DNA from: an uncultured Faecalibacterium sp.
GTDB lineage: Bacteria > Bacillota > Clostridia > Oscillospirales > Acutalibacteraceae
Direction: 5' to 3'
Length of the DNA stretch: 64,000 nt
NCBI GenBank assembly: GCA_964480405.1
Contig: CAYZOU010000005.1
Location: 39,117-103,116, forward strand
Made by a program: the position numbers and the translations under genes. Each line of letters begins with the position of its first letter. The stretch's first letter is position 1. The notes beneath the pieces were generated by a model. It ran no database searches. It was given only the letters and a program-made list of their open reading frames with translations, and was not told the DNA's origin. Shown in pieces: positions 27,435-36,023 of this stretch.

Positions 27435-28355
27435 ATGCAGACAATTTTCAGATATATACTCTATTTCTTCTTTTACAGCGCAGTCGGCTGGCTTTTTGAA
27501 AGCACGTATTGCTCAATAGGTGAGCGAAAGCTGATAAACAGAGGATTTTTGACAGGGCCTATGTGTCCTATTTACGGTACGGGCGCTTTGGTCATGGCGG
27601 TTCTGCTTTATAACCCGTTCAGAGATAAGCCTCTTTTGGTGTTCTTCCTCGGCATGATATTTTGCGACATTGTCGAATATATCACAAGCTTTCTCATGGA
27701 AAAGCTTTTCAACGCCAGGTGGTGGGATTACAAAGACGAGCTCTTCAACATAAAGGGCAGGATTTGCTTCAAGCATACGCTTTATTGGGGCATTGCCGCT
27801 ACGTTTTTCGTAAAAACGGTGCATCCCATCGTCATCAAGCTTTTTGATAAGATTCCGTATAATTATATTGTACCCGTAACGTGCGTTGTGCTTGCTGTGT
27901 TTGTTGTTGACGTAATATTCGCCGTCATAAAGGCTGTCGGACTTATCAAGCTCAAGAATAAGCTTGACGAGCTTAAAGAGCTTATTACGACGAACGCAAG
28001 CGAAGCGAAGCAACAACTCGGCGATGCGTATCTTACCGTCAAGGCAGCAGTCGAAAGCAAATACGACACTCTCTTGTACACAATAAGCGGCAAGGCCGAC
28101 GAGCTCAACCGAATAATCGACAGCGGAAACGACAAATTCAACAATAAACGTGAAGAAATCATAATTGATGCCAAGCTCATACTTGCGGACTTTGAGAGAA
28201 AATTCAAGCCCTATAAGAGAACGAGCAAGGCACATATAGAAAGAAGAGAATTTCTTAACAAATACGGCAGAAAGTTTAACAAAGCCGATATAAAAGCTAT
28301 TTCGGATGAGATAAAACGCATATCCGAAGAAGTTAAAAAGAAAATATCCAAATAA
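27435..28355 (+). CDS. Polytopic membrane protein (putative ABC-transporter type IV / CmpB-like fold) with a C-terminal coiled-coil tail of about 140 aa
   Basis: N-terminus FFFYSAVGWLFESTYCSI...RGFLTGPMCPIYGTGA, from my recollection of the family. The tail is K/E-rich and heptad-like. Confidence 0.6.
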   Translation: MQTIFRYILYFFFYSAVGWLFESTYCSIGERKLINRGFLTGPMCPIYGTGALVMAVLLYNPFRDKPLLVFFLGMIFCDIVEYITSFLMEKLFNARWWDYKDELFNIKGRICFKHTLYWGIAATFFVKTVHPIVIKLFDKIPYNYIVPVTCVVLAVFVVDVIFAVIKAVGLIKLKNKLDELKELITTNASEAKQQLGDAYLTVKAAVESKYDTLLYTISGKADELNRIIDSGNDKFNNKREEIIIDAKLILADFERKFKPYKRTSKAHIERREFLNKYGRKFNKADIKAISDEIKRISEEVKKKISK

Positions 28356-28382
28356 CATATAAAGTTTACCGGAGGAAGTAAA

Positions 28383-29006
28383 ATGAAAAATCAAACAGTA
28401 AGAAAATTGGACATCAGAGTCCAGAAAACCTTTGCAAGACTTTCCGACACATTTTTTGAGCTTATGAAAGAAATGCCGTTTGACAGCATAACCGTTCTCG
28501 GAATATGCGACAGAGCAGGCGTTCACAGAGCGACATTCTATAAGCATTTCATAGACAAGCAGGACTTTGTTAATTTCTGCTTTGAGAAGAAGCTTGAGGC
28601 ATTGAGGATCGAGACGGACACGCTTCTCATCACGAACGACGAAACCGCAAGAATCGAATACATGGAGCTTTGCAAGAGGGTCGTTAATTTCGTATATGAA
28701 AATAGAGGAATAATCGCCGACCTGAACATCAACACGAATTCCTCGGCGTTCACCTCCGCTTTGACAAGCTGTATAGCCGATGCTCTCGAAAAGAAGCTCA
28801 ACAAAAATAAAGCCGCCGGCGCTCACCTCATCTCGCCTGTCCCGATGCTCGCCCATTACTACGCAGGCGCAATAGTCGAAATCCTCAAATGGTGGGCAAC
28901 CGAGGGCGACCAATACACAAAAGAGGACATCATAAAATTTGTCATGCTCAGAATGAGCGAGGCTCAGTTCTCATACAAACACAGCAACTTAGTCTTTAAT
29001 CAATAA
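28383..29006 (+). CDS. TetR/AcrR-family transcriptional regulator
   Basis: N-terminal HTH (ITVLGICDRAGVHRATFYKHF). Confidence 0.85.
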   Translation: MKNQTVRKLDIRVQKTFARLSDTFFELMKEMPFDSITVLGICDRAGVHRATFYKHFIDKQDFVNFCFEKKLEALRIETDTLLITNDETARIEYMELCKRVVNFVYENRGIIADLNINTNSSAFTSALTSCIADALEKKLNKNKAAGAHLISPVPMLAHYYAGAIVEILKWWATEGDQYTKEDIIKFVMLRMSEAQFSYKHSNLVFNQ

Positions 29007-29081
29007 TTTTTTGTACGAACAGCTCTTTGCTGTTTCAAGCTTCGTTCTCGGATAACAAATAAAATAAAAGCCGCTCTCTGC

Positions 29082-29111
29082 TTGACAAAGCATAAAGGGC
29101 GGCTGTATAAT
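29082..29111 (+). promoter_or_regulatory. Promoter of the THF riboswitch-folT unit
   Basis: TTGACA, 18-nt spacer, TATAAT. Confidence 0.65.
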
Positions 29112-29119
29112 AAAGCAAA

Positions 29120-29232
29120 AAAACAGAGTAGGTTTGAGTGCGTTAAGTTCCGTCTGAACGGGGAGTTGTCAGATGGCCGAAAACGGTTCAGCATAGTTGA
29201 GCCCTTGCGATACTCTTTCCGCATCCCGCTGT
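29120..29232 (+). promoter_or_regulatory. THF (tetrahydrofolate) riboswitch aptamer
   Basis: Conserved THF-motif blocks are recognisable: cAGAGUAGg...GUGCGUUAAGU...GAACGGGGAGUUG...CGAUACUCU...CCGCAUCCCGCUG. It lies upstream of a FolT-type ECF S-component gene. Confidence 0.85.
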
Positions 29233-29259
29233 AAACAAGAAAGATCGGACAAAATATCC

Positions 29260-29296
29260 GACCTCCTTTTGCAGTGGGCATAAGGAGGTCTTTTTT
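29260..29296 (+). terminator. Riboswitch expression platform, a terminator whose 3' arm contains the folT Shine-Dalgarno
   Basis: gacctcctt/aaggaggtc stem followed by TTTTTT, ending directly at the ATG (29297). Confidence 0.8.
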
Positions 29297-29830
29297 ATGC
29301 CCGAAAATAACAAAAAAAGAAGTCAGCGACCGTTATATGAGCTGATAAGTCTTGCGATGCTGACTGCGCTTTATGTCGTCATGAACAGGTTTCTGTCCGT
29401 TTCGGCTTGGAACATCAATTTCGGCTTTTCATTCGTTGCGACCGTGACAGCCGCCGCACTTTTCGGTATTCACGGCGGAATGGCAGTCGGAGGCTTAGGT
29501 GACTTCATAGGCGCTGTGCTTTTCCCGAAGGGTGCATATTTCCCCGGCTTCACGCTTTCCGCAATGCTCATCGGTGCGGTTTACGGTGCGTGTTTGAAAA
29601 AAAGCACCGAATTTCGCAGTGTTGCTCTCGGCGCTGTTTTGTCACAGCTTATCAGCAGTCTGATACTCAACTCCGTGTGGGTATCGGTGCTTTACGGCAG
29701 TCCGTTCAAGACTGTTATCATATCCCGTCTGCCGCAGTTTTTGGCTGTGACGGCTTTACAGCTTGTGATTTCGCCTTTGATAGTCAAGGTGACGGGGATA
29801 ATTAAAAAGGAATTGAAGATTTCGGCGTAA
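29297..29830 (+). CDS. folT: Folate-family ECF transporter S component
   Basis: 177 aa, about six TM helices. The sequence is FolT-like (LTALYVVMNRFLSV...) and a THF riboswitch lies upstream. Confidence 0.85.
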   Translation: MPENNKKRSQRPLYELISLAMLTALYVVMNRFLSVSAWNINFGFSFVATVTAAALFGIHGGMAVGGLGDFIGAVLFPKGAYFPGFTLSAMLIGAVYGACLKKSTEFRSVALGAVLSQLISSLILNSVWVSVLYGSPFKTVIISRLPQFLAVTALQLVISPLIVKVTGIIKKELKISA

Positions 29831-29944
29831 ACCCGCCCGCGAAGCGGGCGGGGCGGGTGCGAAGCACCCCACGAGCACGAAGTGCGAGTGGGGTGACTGA
29901 GCAGCCGCCGTTGCGGGCGCGGTAGCGAAGCGAGTGCCCGCAGG
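29831..29944 (+). repeat. Family A-related GC-rich repeat (series of hairpins with GAA/GAAG loops)
   Basis: cccgcccgc-gaa-gcgggcggg, ggtgc-gaa-gcacc, ccccac...gtgggg and gcgggc...gcccgc. The first hairpin differs from other copies by compensated changes. Confidence 0.8.
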
Positions 29945-29975
29945 AAAAATCGGGGGCTCGATGCCCCCGATTTTT
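29945..29975. terminator. Bidirectional terminator between folT and the serpin gene
   Basis: aaaaatcgggggc-tcgat-gcccccgattttt. Confidence 0.85.
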
Positions 29976-29991
29976 CCGTTAAACGCAGAAA

Positions 29992-31449
29992 TTAAGGCTG
30001 ATTGACAACACCGATAAAGAGCGGCGTATCACCTAAGCCCGTTATCACGAACAGAAACGGTCTGTTAAGATCAAAGTCGACCTCATCTTGCGGCATACCT
30101 GCTCCTGCGTAATCAAGGCTCATATATGCCGATGCGGTTATCCCCTGCTCGTCAATTGCAACTCTCGCTGCGTGTTCGGCTGATGTTATCGCTAAAGCTT
30201 CGTCCGTCAAAGGCGAAAAGTCCGACTTATTAAAATCAAATATATCTTCAACACCGACCTTTTTAAGATTCTCCGTCAGGTCAACATTTGACATTATATC
30301 AAACTTCGGAACGGATAAATTTATCAGCGGATACGCTGTATTCTTATATTCGCCGTCTCCTATCATTTTTAAAGCGTCACCTTTTTGCAATAACTCCTCT
30401 GTTGTCACTCCCTCATCGGGAAGAATTAACCACATATTGCCGCTCTCCGATAACGACAATGTGACAGCGGCAAATCCGTCTCCCCAATAATAGCTTCCGA
30501 GCATTGACCTATGCATAAAATCGCAGTTTATGTCGCCGCTTTTAGCGTGGAAAGCTTCCTCATATGTGTTTTCCGATGAAAATTCATCTTGCCATCTGAC
30601 TTGATAATTTATCGTCGATGTCAGATTCATTACGGTCTGAGGCGAAAATTTAAGATTATCTGCGCTCTCCTTTAAAAGACCGCCTGTCTGAGCGTTGACC
30701 CATTCCTGTCTTGCCTTGTTGAAATTTTCATCTGTCATGTTCCCCGAAAATGATGAAGCGTAATAGTTTTCGGCAACCGTTTTGAGCGTATCCTCTTTAA
30801 AATCGCTGTAGCTGTCACTGAGCCATAACGAATTCGCAAGTACACATAAACCTGTTTTGTCGTCTTTATACTGTGCGTTCCATATCTCGTTGGCTGTCGT
30901 TCTCACATTTTCGATTTTGTCCGAACCCAAAAGCTTCAATATCTGCTCTCGGCTTTCACCGTCCGTTGTCTCGGCAAGTATGCTGAGTGCAAAATAAACA
31001 TTCAGCGGAGAGTATACTTTGTTTTCGCCGTTCGAGTCCAATATCTCCTTTGCGGTGCTTTGACAAAAGTCGATCATTTTGTCGGAATACTTTCTCGCTG
31101 TCTGTATATTTTCACGTCTAACATCAAACCATGCATCATACTGCTCATCGTCAGTGCTGAATATATCGGGGTATTCTGCCGCTTCGGGATAAACTGCTTT
31201 TGCAAGCAAATATTTTGAGCCTATGGATAACACTCCGCTGTTTGAGCCGTCCGATGCGTTATTCATCGGCAAATATCTCGGAACAAAGACTATACCCGTT
31301 ACGATTAAGCTGATACACGCTGCCGCCGCAACGAGCTTCACCCAAAGTCTTGACTTCTTTGCGGCTTTTCCTTTCCTGAGCTTTTCGGCGTCGGAAATAA
31401 GCTTGTCGTCAATATGGCTCATCGAGTCCATGAAATCATCGCTTTTCAT
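29992..31449 (-). CDS. Membrane-anchored serpin-domain protein, putative anti-sigma factor
   Basis: Short N-terminal segment, then one TM (LWVKLVAAAACISLIVTGIVFV). The C-terminal part has serpin hallmarks: SPLNVYFALSILAETTDGESREQIL, a hinge-like EQGITASAY, and NRPFLFVITG...PLFIGVVNQP. The start overlaps the sigma gene stop (ATGA). Confidence 0.8.
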   Translation of the reverse strand: MKSDDFMDSMSHIDDKLISDAEKLRKGKAAKKSRLWVKLVAAAACISLIVTGIVFVPRYLPMNNASDGSNSGVLSIGSKYLLAKAVYPEAAEYPDIFSTDDEQYDAWFDVRRENIQTARKYSDKMIDFCQSTAKEILDSNGENKVYSPLNVYFALSILAETTDGESREQILKLLGSDKIENVRTTANEIWNAQYKDDKTGLCVLANSLWLSDSYSDFKEDTLKTVAENYYASSFSGNMTDENFNKARQEWVNAQTGGLLKESADNLKFSPQTVMNLTSTINYQVRWQDEFSSENTYEEAFHAKSGDINCDFMHRSMLGSYYWGDGFAAVTLSLSESGNMWLILPDEGVTTEELLQKGDALKMIGDGEYKNTAYPLINLSVPKFDIMSNVDLTENLKKVGVEDIFDFNKSDFSPLTDEALAITSAEHAARVAIDEQGITASAYMSLDYAGAGMPQDEVDFDLNRPFLFVITGLGDTPLFIGVVNQP

Positions 31450-32006
31450 ATAATAACATCTTCCCTTCTCAAAAAATCTTTCAGTCCGAGCCTCGTTCTG
31501 TGTAACGAGCTTTTTATTTTTGCTTCGCTGTAGCCTGTCATTTCCGATATGCTTTTTATGCTGTCACAGAAATAATATCGACAGACAAAAATGTTTCTCT
31601 TATCTTCCGAAATGCCTTTGAGATATTCGCTGATCATTTCGCCCAAAAGCTTGACGTCGACCCGAGCTTCGACCGTCTCATCGGCGACCGCATCGTCTTC
31701 AATCTCGCTGAGCGCTTGCCCGTACTCACAGAAATATCGCTTTCGACTGTGTTTTTTCCTATAGATATCAATGGAATTTTGTCTGACTATTTTTGCCATG
31801 TATGCGGAAAGTGACTGCGGATTCGACGGCGGTATCGAATTCCACGCCTTGAGATAGGAGTCGCTCACGCTCTCAGCCGCATCTTCAAAGTCCGATAAAA
31901 TATTGTAGGCTATCTTGTGAAGATATGCCGAATATTTCTCCTGAGTATAAGCTATCGCTTTTTCGTCTCTTTCAAAATACAACTTGACTATTTTGTCATC
32001 CTCCAT
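31446..32006 (-). CDS. ECF-type sigma-70 family RNA polymerase sigma factor
   Basis: Region 2 (AAESVSDSYLKAW...IVRQNSIDIYRKK) and region 4 (ISEMTGYSEAKIKSSLHRTRLGLKDFL) are recognisable. Start chosen at MEDDK (32006) with GAGGTG 5 nt upstream. Confidence 0.85.
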   Translation of the reverse strand: MEDDKIVKLYFERDEKAIAYTQEKYSAYLHKIAYNILSDFEDAAESVSDSYLKAWNSIPPSNPQSLSAYMAKIVRQNSIDIYRKKHSRKRYFCEYGQALSEIEDDAVADETVEARVDVKLLGEMISEYLKGISEDKRNIFVCRYYFCDSIKSISEMTGYSEAKIKSSLHRTRLGLKDFLRREDVII

Positions 32007-32040
32007 AATATCACCTCGTTTAAGAGCTCTCATCATATAA

Positions 32041-32067
32041 GACGTAAAAATCAGACTCGGGTTTCGC
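32041..32067 (-). promoter_or_regulatory. Candidate ECF-type promoter upstream of the sigma gene
   Basis: On the minus strand: GAAAC, 16 nt, CGTC. Pattern match only. Confidence 0.3.
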
Positions 32068-32113
32068 TTGATTTTAAAAAATTCCGAGCATTTATCCAAG
32101 CTTGGAATTTTCG

Positions 32114-33025
32114 TTAAAATATACCGACAGAACAGGGACACGCACTGCATTGCGTTCCGACGGTCAGTGCCGCCATATGTGTTCCTATCTCAACAGCTCG
32201 TGAGAGGGCATAGCCTCGTGAAAGCGCCATCACCGTTCCCGAAAGGAACGCATCTCCCGCACCGGTCGAGTCAACAAGCTCAACATTTTCAGCATGACAT
32301 GAGCCGCATACATCATTAAGCTTATCATAATACGCCGAGCCGTTTTCGCCCATGGTGACAACAAGCGACGGATAACCCTCCTCGAGACAAGCTCTTTTAA
32401 GTCTGAGCGACATTTCATCGGCGGAAAGTGAGGTCAGATCTTCGTCGATAAGTTTACTTATCTCGACCTCATTGCATATAAAGCAATCCGTTCTCTTAAC
32501 AAGATCACGGCGCTTTAAAATGACGCTCATATTTCCGACTATTGTATATTTCTTTCTATTATACTTTTCGGCGAGGCTCAGCAGTCTTTCCGATATTTCC
32601 TCGTTTGTGTCCATTTCAAATATGATATTGTCGCTGTTTTTGACTATCTCCTCGCCCTTTTCATCTATCAGCTCCCACAAAGCCGAGATATCGGGCATCT
32701 TTGATATTTCACCGGCGACGTCACCTTGCTCGTCAAGTATGACCATCCACATACCGATACCGTTATCCTCGACCGTCTTGACATAGTCAAGCTTCACGCC
32801 GAGAGCTTTTAAATGGCTCAGTGCATCTGCGCCGAACGGCGTTTTATCGTTTATCGTCACGAACGAAACGTCCTCGCCTGCGTTGGCGAAATTTTCAACT
32901 ATGTTCCTCGTTACTCCGCCCGAGCAGAATTTTATGTCACCTAAATTTCTGCCCTTTTTATTGTATTTTCCGAAAGGGAATCCCTTTATGTCCGCAAATA
33001 TTACGCCTATGACAGTCGTATTCAT
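32114..33025 (-). CDS. PfkB-family carbohydrate/nucleoside kinase
   Basis: N-terminal GG motif (FCSGGVTRN) and C-terminal DSTGAGDAF signature. Confidence 0.8.
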   Translation of the reverse strand: MNTTVIGVIFADIKGFPFGKYNKKGRNLGDIKFCSGGVTRNIVENFANAGEDVSFVTINDKTPFGADALSHLKALGVKLDYVKTVEDNGIGMWMVILDEQGDVAGEISKMPDISALWELIDEKGEEIVKNSDNIIFEMDTNEEISERLLSLAEKYNRKKYTIVGNMSVILKRRDLVKRTDCFICNEVEISKLIDEDLTSLSADEMSLRLKRACLEEGYPSLVVTMGENGSAYYDKLNDVCGSCHAENVELVDSTGAGDAFLSGTVMALSRGYALSRAVEIGTHMAALTVGTQCSACPCSVGIF

Positions 33026-33041
33026 TTAATATCCCCCGTTT

Positions 33042-33920
33042 TTATTCCTTTACAAATTCACATCCGCACCTCATCGGCTTGCATACATATGTCTGCTTTA
33101 CGGTTTTTCTAAGCTCATCGCAGGCTTTCTGTGCCTCGTCCTCGCTTTCGAATATTCCGAAAACCGATGGGCCGCTTCCGCTCATGCAGGTGGCTTTTGC
33201 GCCGAAGCGTCTCATTGTGCCTTTTATGTATGCTCTGTCGCACACCTCGATAACCTGCTCAAAAACGTTGTCACAGCGTGAGCAAATTCCGTCAAGATCT
33301 CTGCTCACCACAGCTTCAAGCATACCGTAATTATCGGGGTGTCTTATGTGTGAAGCTTCGTTGTCGTACGCTTTGTATGCACCCTTAGTGGGAACTGCCT
33401 GCTCGGGTTTGCAGATAACCGTGTAACAATCGGGCATTTCGGGCAGCTCCGATAAGATATCGCCATAGCGTTGAGCGAGTCTCGTTGAGCCGAAAAGACA
33501 AAACGGTACGTCCGCACCGACCTTCAAGCCGACCTCAACAAGCTCGGAATAGCTCAATTTTGACCCGTACATATCATTCAAGGCAAAGATAACAGCAGCG
33601 CCGTCAGCGCTTCCGCCGGCAAGACCTGCGGCATGAGGTATACGCTTTATAAGCTTGATCCTAAGCCCATCACATTTCAGCTTTGTGTGGTCAAAGAAGC
33701 TTTCCGCCGCCTTATAAGCTATGTTGCTCTCATCGCACGGCACACCCTCGGTGTCACATTCAATGACGATTTTTCCGCTGTCGGTCGTTTCGACCTCAAC
33801 AGTGTCATGCAGGCTCACCGACTGCATTATCATAAAAAGATTATGGTATCCGTTGTCGGATTTGGAAATTATATCAAGTATCAAATTGATTTTTGCGTAT
33901 GCGTTTACTTTTCTCAACAT
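33042..33920 (-). CDS. ispE: 4-diphosphocytidyl-2-C-methyl-D-erythritol kinase
   Basis: N-terminus AYAKINLILDI and GHMP motif IPHAAGLAGGSADGAA. Confidence 0.92.
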   Translation of the reverse strand: MLRKVNAYAKINLILDIISKSDNGYHNLFMIMQSVSLHDTVEVETTDSGKIVIECDTEGVPCDESNIAYKAAESFFDHTKLKCDGLRIKLIKRIPHAAGLAGGSADGAAVIFALNDMYGSKLSYSELVEVGLKVGADVPFCLFGSTRLAQRYGDILSELPEMPDCYTVICKPEQAVPTKGAYKAYDNEASHIRHPDNYGMLEAVVSRDLDGICSRCDNVFEQVIEVCDRAYIKGTMRRFGAKATCMSGSGPSVFGIFESEDEAQKACDELRKTVKQTYVCKPMRCGCEFVKE

Positions 33921-33935
33921 TTTATGCTCCTGTAA

Positions 33936-33975
33936 AATAGAAACTTATGTGATATTATCATACCACATAAGTTTC
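33936..33975 (-). terminator. Hairpin between the deacetylase gene and ispE
   Basis: 13-bp stem agaaacttatgtg/cacataagtttct. The U-tract on the minus strand is weak. Confidence 0.45.
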
Positions 33976-33990
33976 TTTTTTTCCACCGTT

Positions 33991-34995
33991 TTAGCTAAAA
34001 TTATATTCGTCGAGTGATTTAAACTCGTATCCGTCGGCTCGTGCCTTGTCGATTATCGCTCCCAAAGCGTCGGCGTTGTCTTGAGATACGCTATGCAAAA
34101 GTATCACCGCACCCGGGTGAAGCCTTTCCGATACCGTCTTTACGGCATAATCCTTGCCCTTTGAATTGTTGATATCCCAATCGGCATAGGCGACCGACCA
34201 GAAGATACTTTTATATCCCATTGAATCTATCTCATCAAGCGCACTGTCGCTATACTCGCCTGCCGGAAATCTGAAAAACTTAGCGGCGTATCCGAAGTTT
34301 TCTCTCAGATAGTTTTCACATTCCTCGATCTCTCTGACCATTTTCGTTCTGCTTATTTCGGCGAATGACGGGTGGTTTGTCGAGTGATTGCCGACGATGT
34401 GACCCTCTTTGATCATTCTCGCTATAAGCTCCGGCTGATCCTTGATGTGATGAAGCGTGCAGAAAAATGCCGCCGGAACATTCTTTTCTTTCAACACGTC
34501 AAGTATCTCAGAGGTAAGGTTATTATATTCATATCCGCAATCAAACGTCAGATACAAGACCTTATCCTCGCTCTTTTTATCAAGCGTCAGTGCGCTGTAT
34601 TTATCGAAATTTTTCTGAAATTCCACTACTGTCGAATGAGGTTTGCCGCCTGATGCGGGCCCGTGAGAATGGGAGATCTTTTTCGTCGAAAGTCCTGCCG
34701 TATTATCGGGATCTTTCACCTCATACGTCACGCTTTCAAGCTTTTTAAGTCCCGTCGGCGTGGTTGCGCTCGGGTCGCTCTCCCCTTTTATCACAAGCTG
34801 TTCTTTTTGGCTGTCACCGCCTTGCGACTGAATTTTTGTCGGGGCGACTATATCGTCGCTTACAGGCTCGGGCTGAACGCTTTCCGACGGACTGTCGCCG
34901 CTGTCTGATGTCATATCGTTTCCGTTATTTCCGCAAGCGCACAGTATCAGCACTGCGCCTAACATCAAACACAAGATTTTATACACTTTGTTCAT
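33991..34995 (-). CDS. Polysaccharide deacetylase (PdaA-like) lipoprotein
   Basis: Lipobox LILCAC. NodB motifs include LTFDCGY and a His-rich block (GHIVGNHSTNHP). Start chosen at MNKVYK (34995), because the longer ORF-track N-terminus reads through a family A repeat. Confidence 0.85.
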   Translation of the reverse strand: MNKVYKILCLMLGAVLILCACGNNGNDMTSDSGDSPSESVQPEPVSDDIVAPTKIQSQGGDSQKEQLVIKGESDPSATTPTGLKKLESVTYEVKDPDNTAGLSTKKISHSHGPASGGKPHSTVVEFQKNFDKYSALTLDKKSEDKVLYLTFDCGYEYNNLTSEILDVLKEKNVPAAFFCTLHHIKDQPELIARMIKEGHIVGNHSTNHPSFAEISRTKMVREIEECENYLRENFGYAAKFFRFPAGEYSDSALDEIDSMGYKSIFWSVAYADWDINNSKGKDYAVKTVSERLHPGAVILLHSVSQDNADALGAIIDKARADGYEFKSLDEYNFS

Positions 34996-35023
34996 TTTAA
35001 TTGTAGCCTCCTTTATGTAGAAG

Positions 35024-35120
35024 CCCCGCCTGCGAAGCAGGCGGACGGCGGCTGCATGTGTACCTGCGAGCGCAAGCGAAGCGCCGTGCGAGTAGGTGCC
35101 GGGCAGGCGCCGCAGGAGCT
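35024..35120 (+). repeat. Family A repeat copy
   Basis: ccccgcctgcgaagcaggcggacggcggctgc...tacctgcgagcg...gagtaggtgcc...gcaggcgccgcaggagc. The middle stem (acct/aggt) covaries with actcc/ggagt in other copies. Confidence 0.85.
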
Positions 35121-35132
35121 TGCAAGCAGAAC

Positions 35133-35315
35133 TCACTTAAACATATACTGGATATCGTCCATAAGCGATTCCATTGTCTTTAATGATTTCTTAGCCTTCT
35201 TTTTAAGCATTCTCTTTGTGCTTCCGCTCATCATCGTGCTTGAAGCGAGAGCACCTGCACCGCCGACTGCAAGACCTATGCCCATACCTGTCATTATACC
35301 GGAAATCTTTTTCAT
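35133..35315 (-). CDS. Small glycine-zipper membrane protein, function unknown
   Basis: MKKISGIMTGMGIGLAVGGAGALASS followed by a basic tail. Weakly supported. Confidence 0.45.
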   Translation of the reverse strand: MKKISGIMTGMGIGLAVGGAGALASSTMMSGSTKRMLKKKAKKSLKTMESLMDDIQYMFK

Positions 35316-35473
35316 GTTGCCACTTCCATTCAAAATTTAGTTCAGCGAGCTGACGGATATATTTTTACCGAAAAGTTAAAATATATTACACGGTATCGGC
35401 AATATTGAAAAAATTTTGCAGCTATGATACAATAGCAAGGCTCAACAAATATTTTAAGGAAAGAAATGATGAT

Positions 35474-35968
35474 ATGTCGAAATTGAATATAGTTTTAGTC
35501 GAGCCCGAAATTCCGCAGAATACGGGAAACATCGCACGTACCTGCGCCGCAACGGGAGCGGCTCTCCACATCATAAAGCCCATGGGCTTCAGCGTTGACG
35601 ACAGATATTTAAAGCGAGCGGGGCTCGACTACTGGCATCTGCTTGATATTACTTATTACGAGTCGCTCGAACACTTTTTCTCTCAGGTACACGGAGAATT
35701 CTTCTATTTCACAACGAAAGCCCTTAACCGACACTCCGATATAAGCTATCCCGAAAACAGCTATCTCTTTTTCGGCAAAGAGACTAAGGGCTTGCCCGAA
35801 AGGCTTTTAAAAAATAATCCCGATCGCTCAGTTAGAATACCGATGATTGATGAATCGAGAAGTCTCAATCTTTCAAACTCTGTGGCTATCGGTGTTTATG
35901 AGGTTTTGAGACAGTGGGATTATCCCGATTTGCTTTGTAAAGGTGAACTGCATAACTTAAAATGGTGA
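35474..35968 (+). CDS. trmL: tRNA (cytidine/uridine(34)-2'-O)-methyltransferase TrmL (SpoU/TrmH family)
   Basis: NIVLVEPEIPQNTGNIARTCAATGAALHII and C-terminal SLNLSNSVAIGVYE. Confidence 0.88.
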   Translation: MSKLNIVLVEPEIPQNTGNIARTCAATGAALHIIKPMGFSVDDRYLKRAGLDYWHLLDITYYESLEHFFSQVHGEFFYFTTKALNRHSDISYPENSYLFFGKETKGLPERLLKNNPDRSVRIPMIDESRSLNLSNSVAIGVYEVLRQWDYPDLLCKGELHNLKW

Positions 35969-35978
35969 ACATTTGTTC
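35967..35978. promoter_or_regulatory. Perfect LexA (Cheo-type) box GAACATTTGTTC
   Basis: Exact GAAC-N4-GTTC palindrome, 10 nt upstream of the -35 of the following promoter. It overlaps the trmL stop codon. Confidence 0.65.
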
Positions 35979-35988
35979 GAAAAAACTA

Positions 35989-36017
35989 TTGACAACTTAA
36001 AATTTCGCTCCTATAAT
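35989..36017 (+). promoter_or_regulatory. Consensus sigma-A promoter of the phage-like operon
   Basis: TTGACA, exactly 17 nt, TATAAT. Confidence 0.8.
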
Positions 36018-36023
36018 ATAAAT

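Noticed and set aside
27513-28913. 466-aa minus-strand ORF, the longest unexplained ORF in the track
   Set aside because: It is fully antisense to two well-supported plus-strand genes (the membrane protein and the TetR regulator). It has no RBS or promoter context, its composition is odd, and it has no recognisable motifs. It is most likely an antisense shadow ORF.
33991-35136. Long N-terminal extensions proposed by the ORF track for the deacetylase (to 35136), lexA (from 22852), trmL (from 35405), ruvA (to 60351), the sigma factor (to 32150) and the fibre-like protein (from 36022)
   Set aside because: In each case an internal start has a proper Shine-Dalgarno and the canonical protein N-terminus. 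The extension runs through a repeat, a promoter or leader, or the upstream gene.
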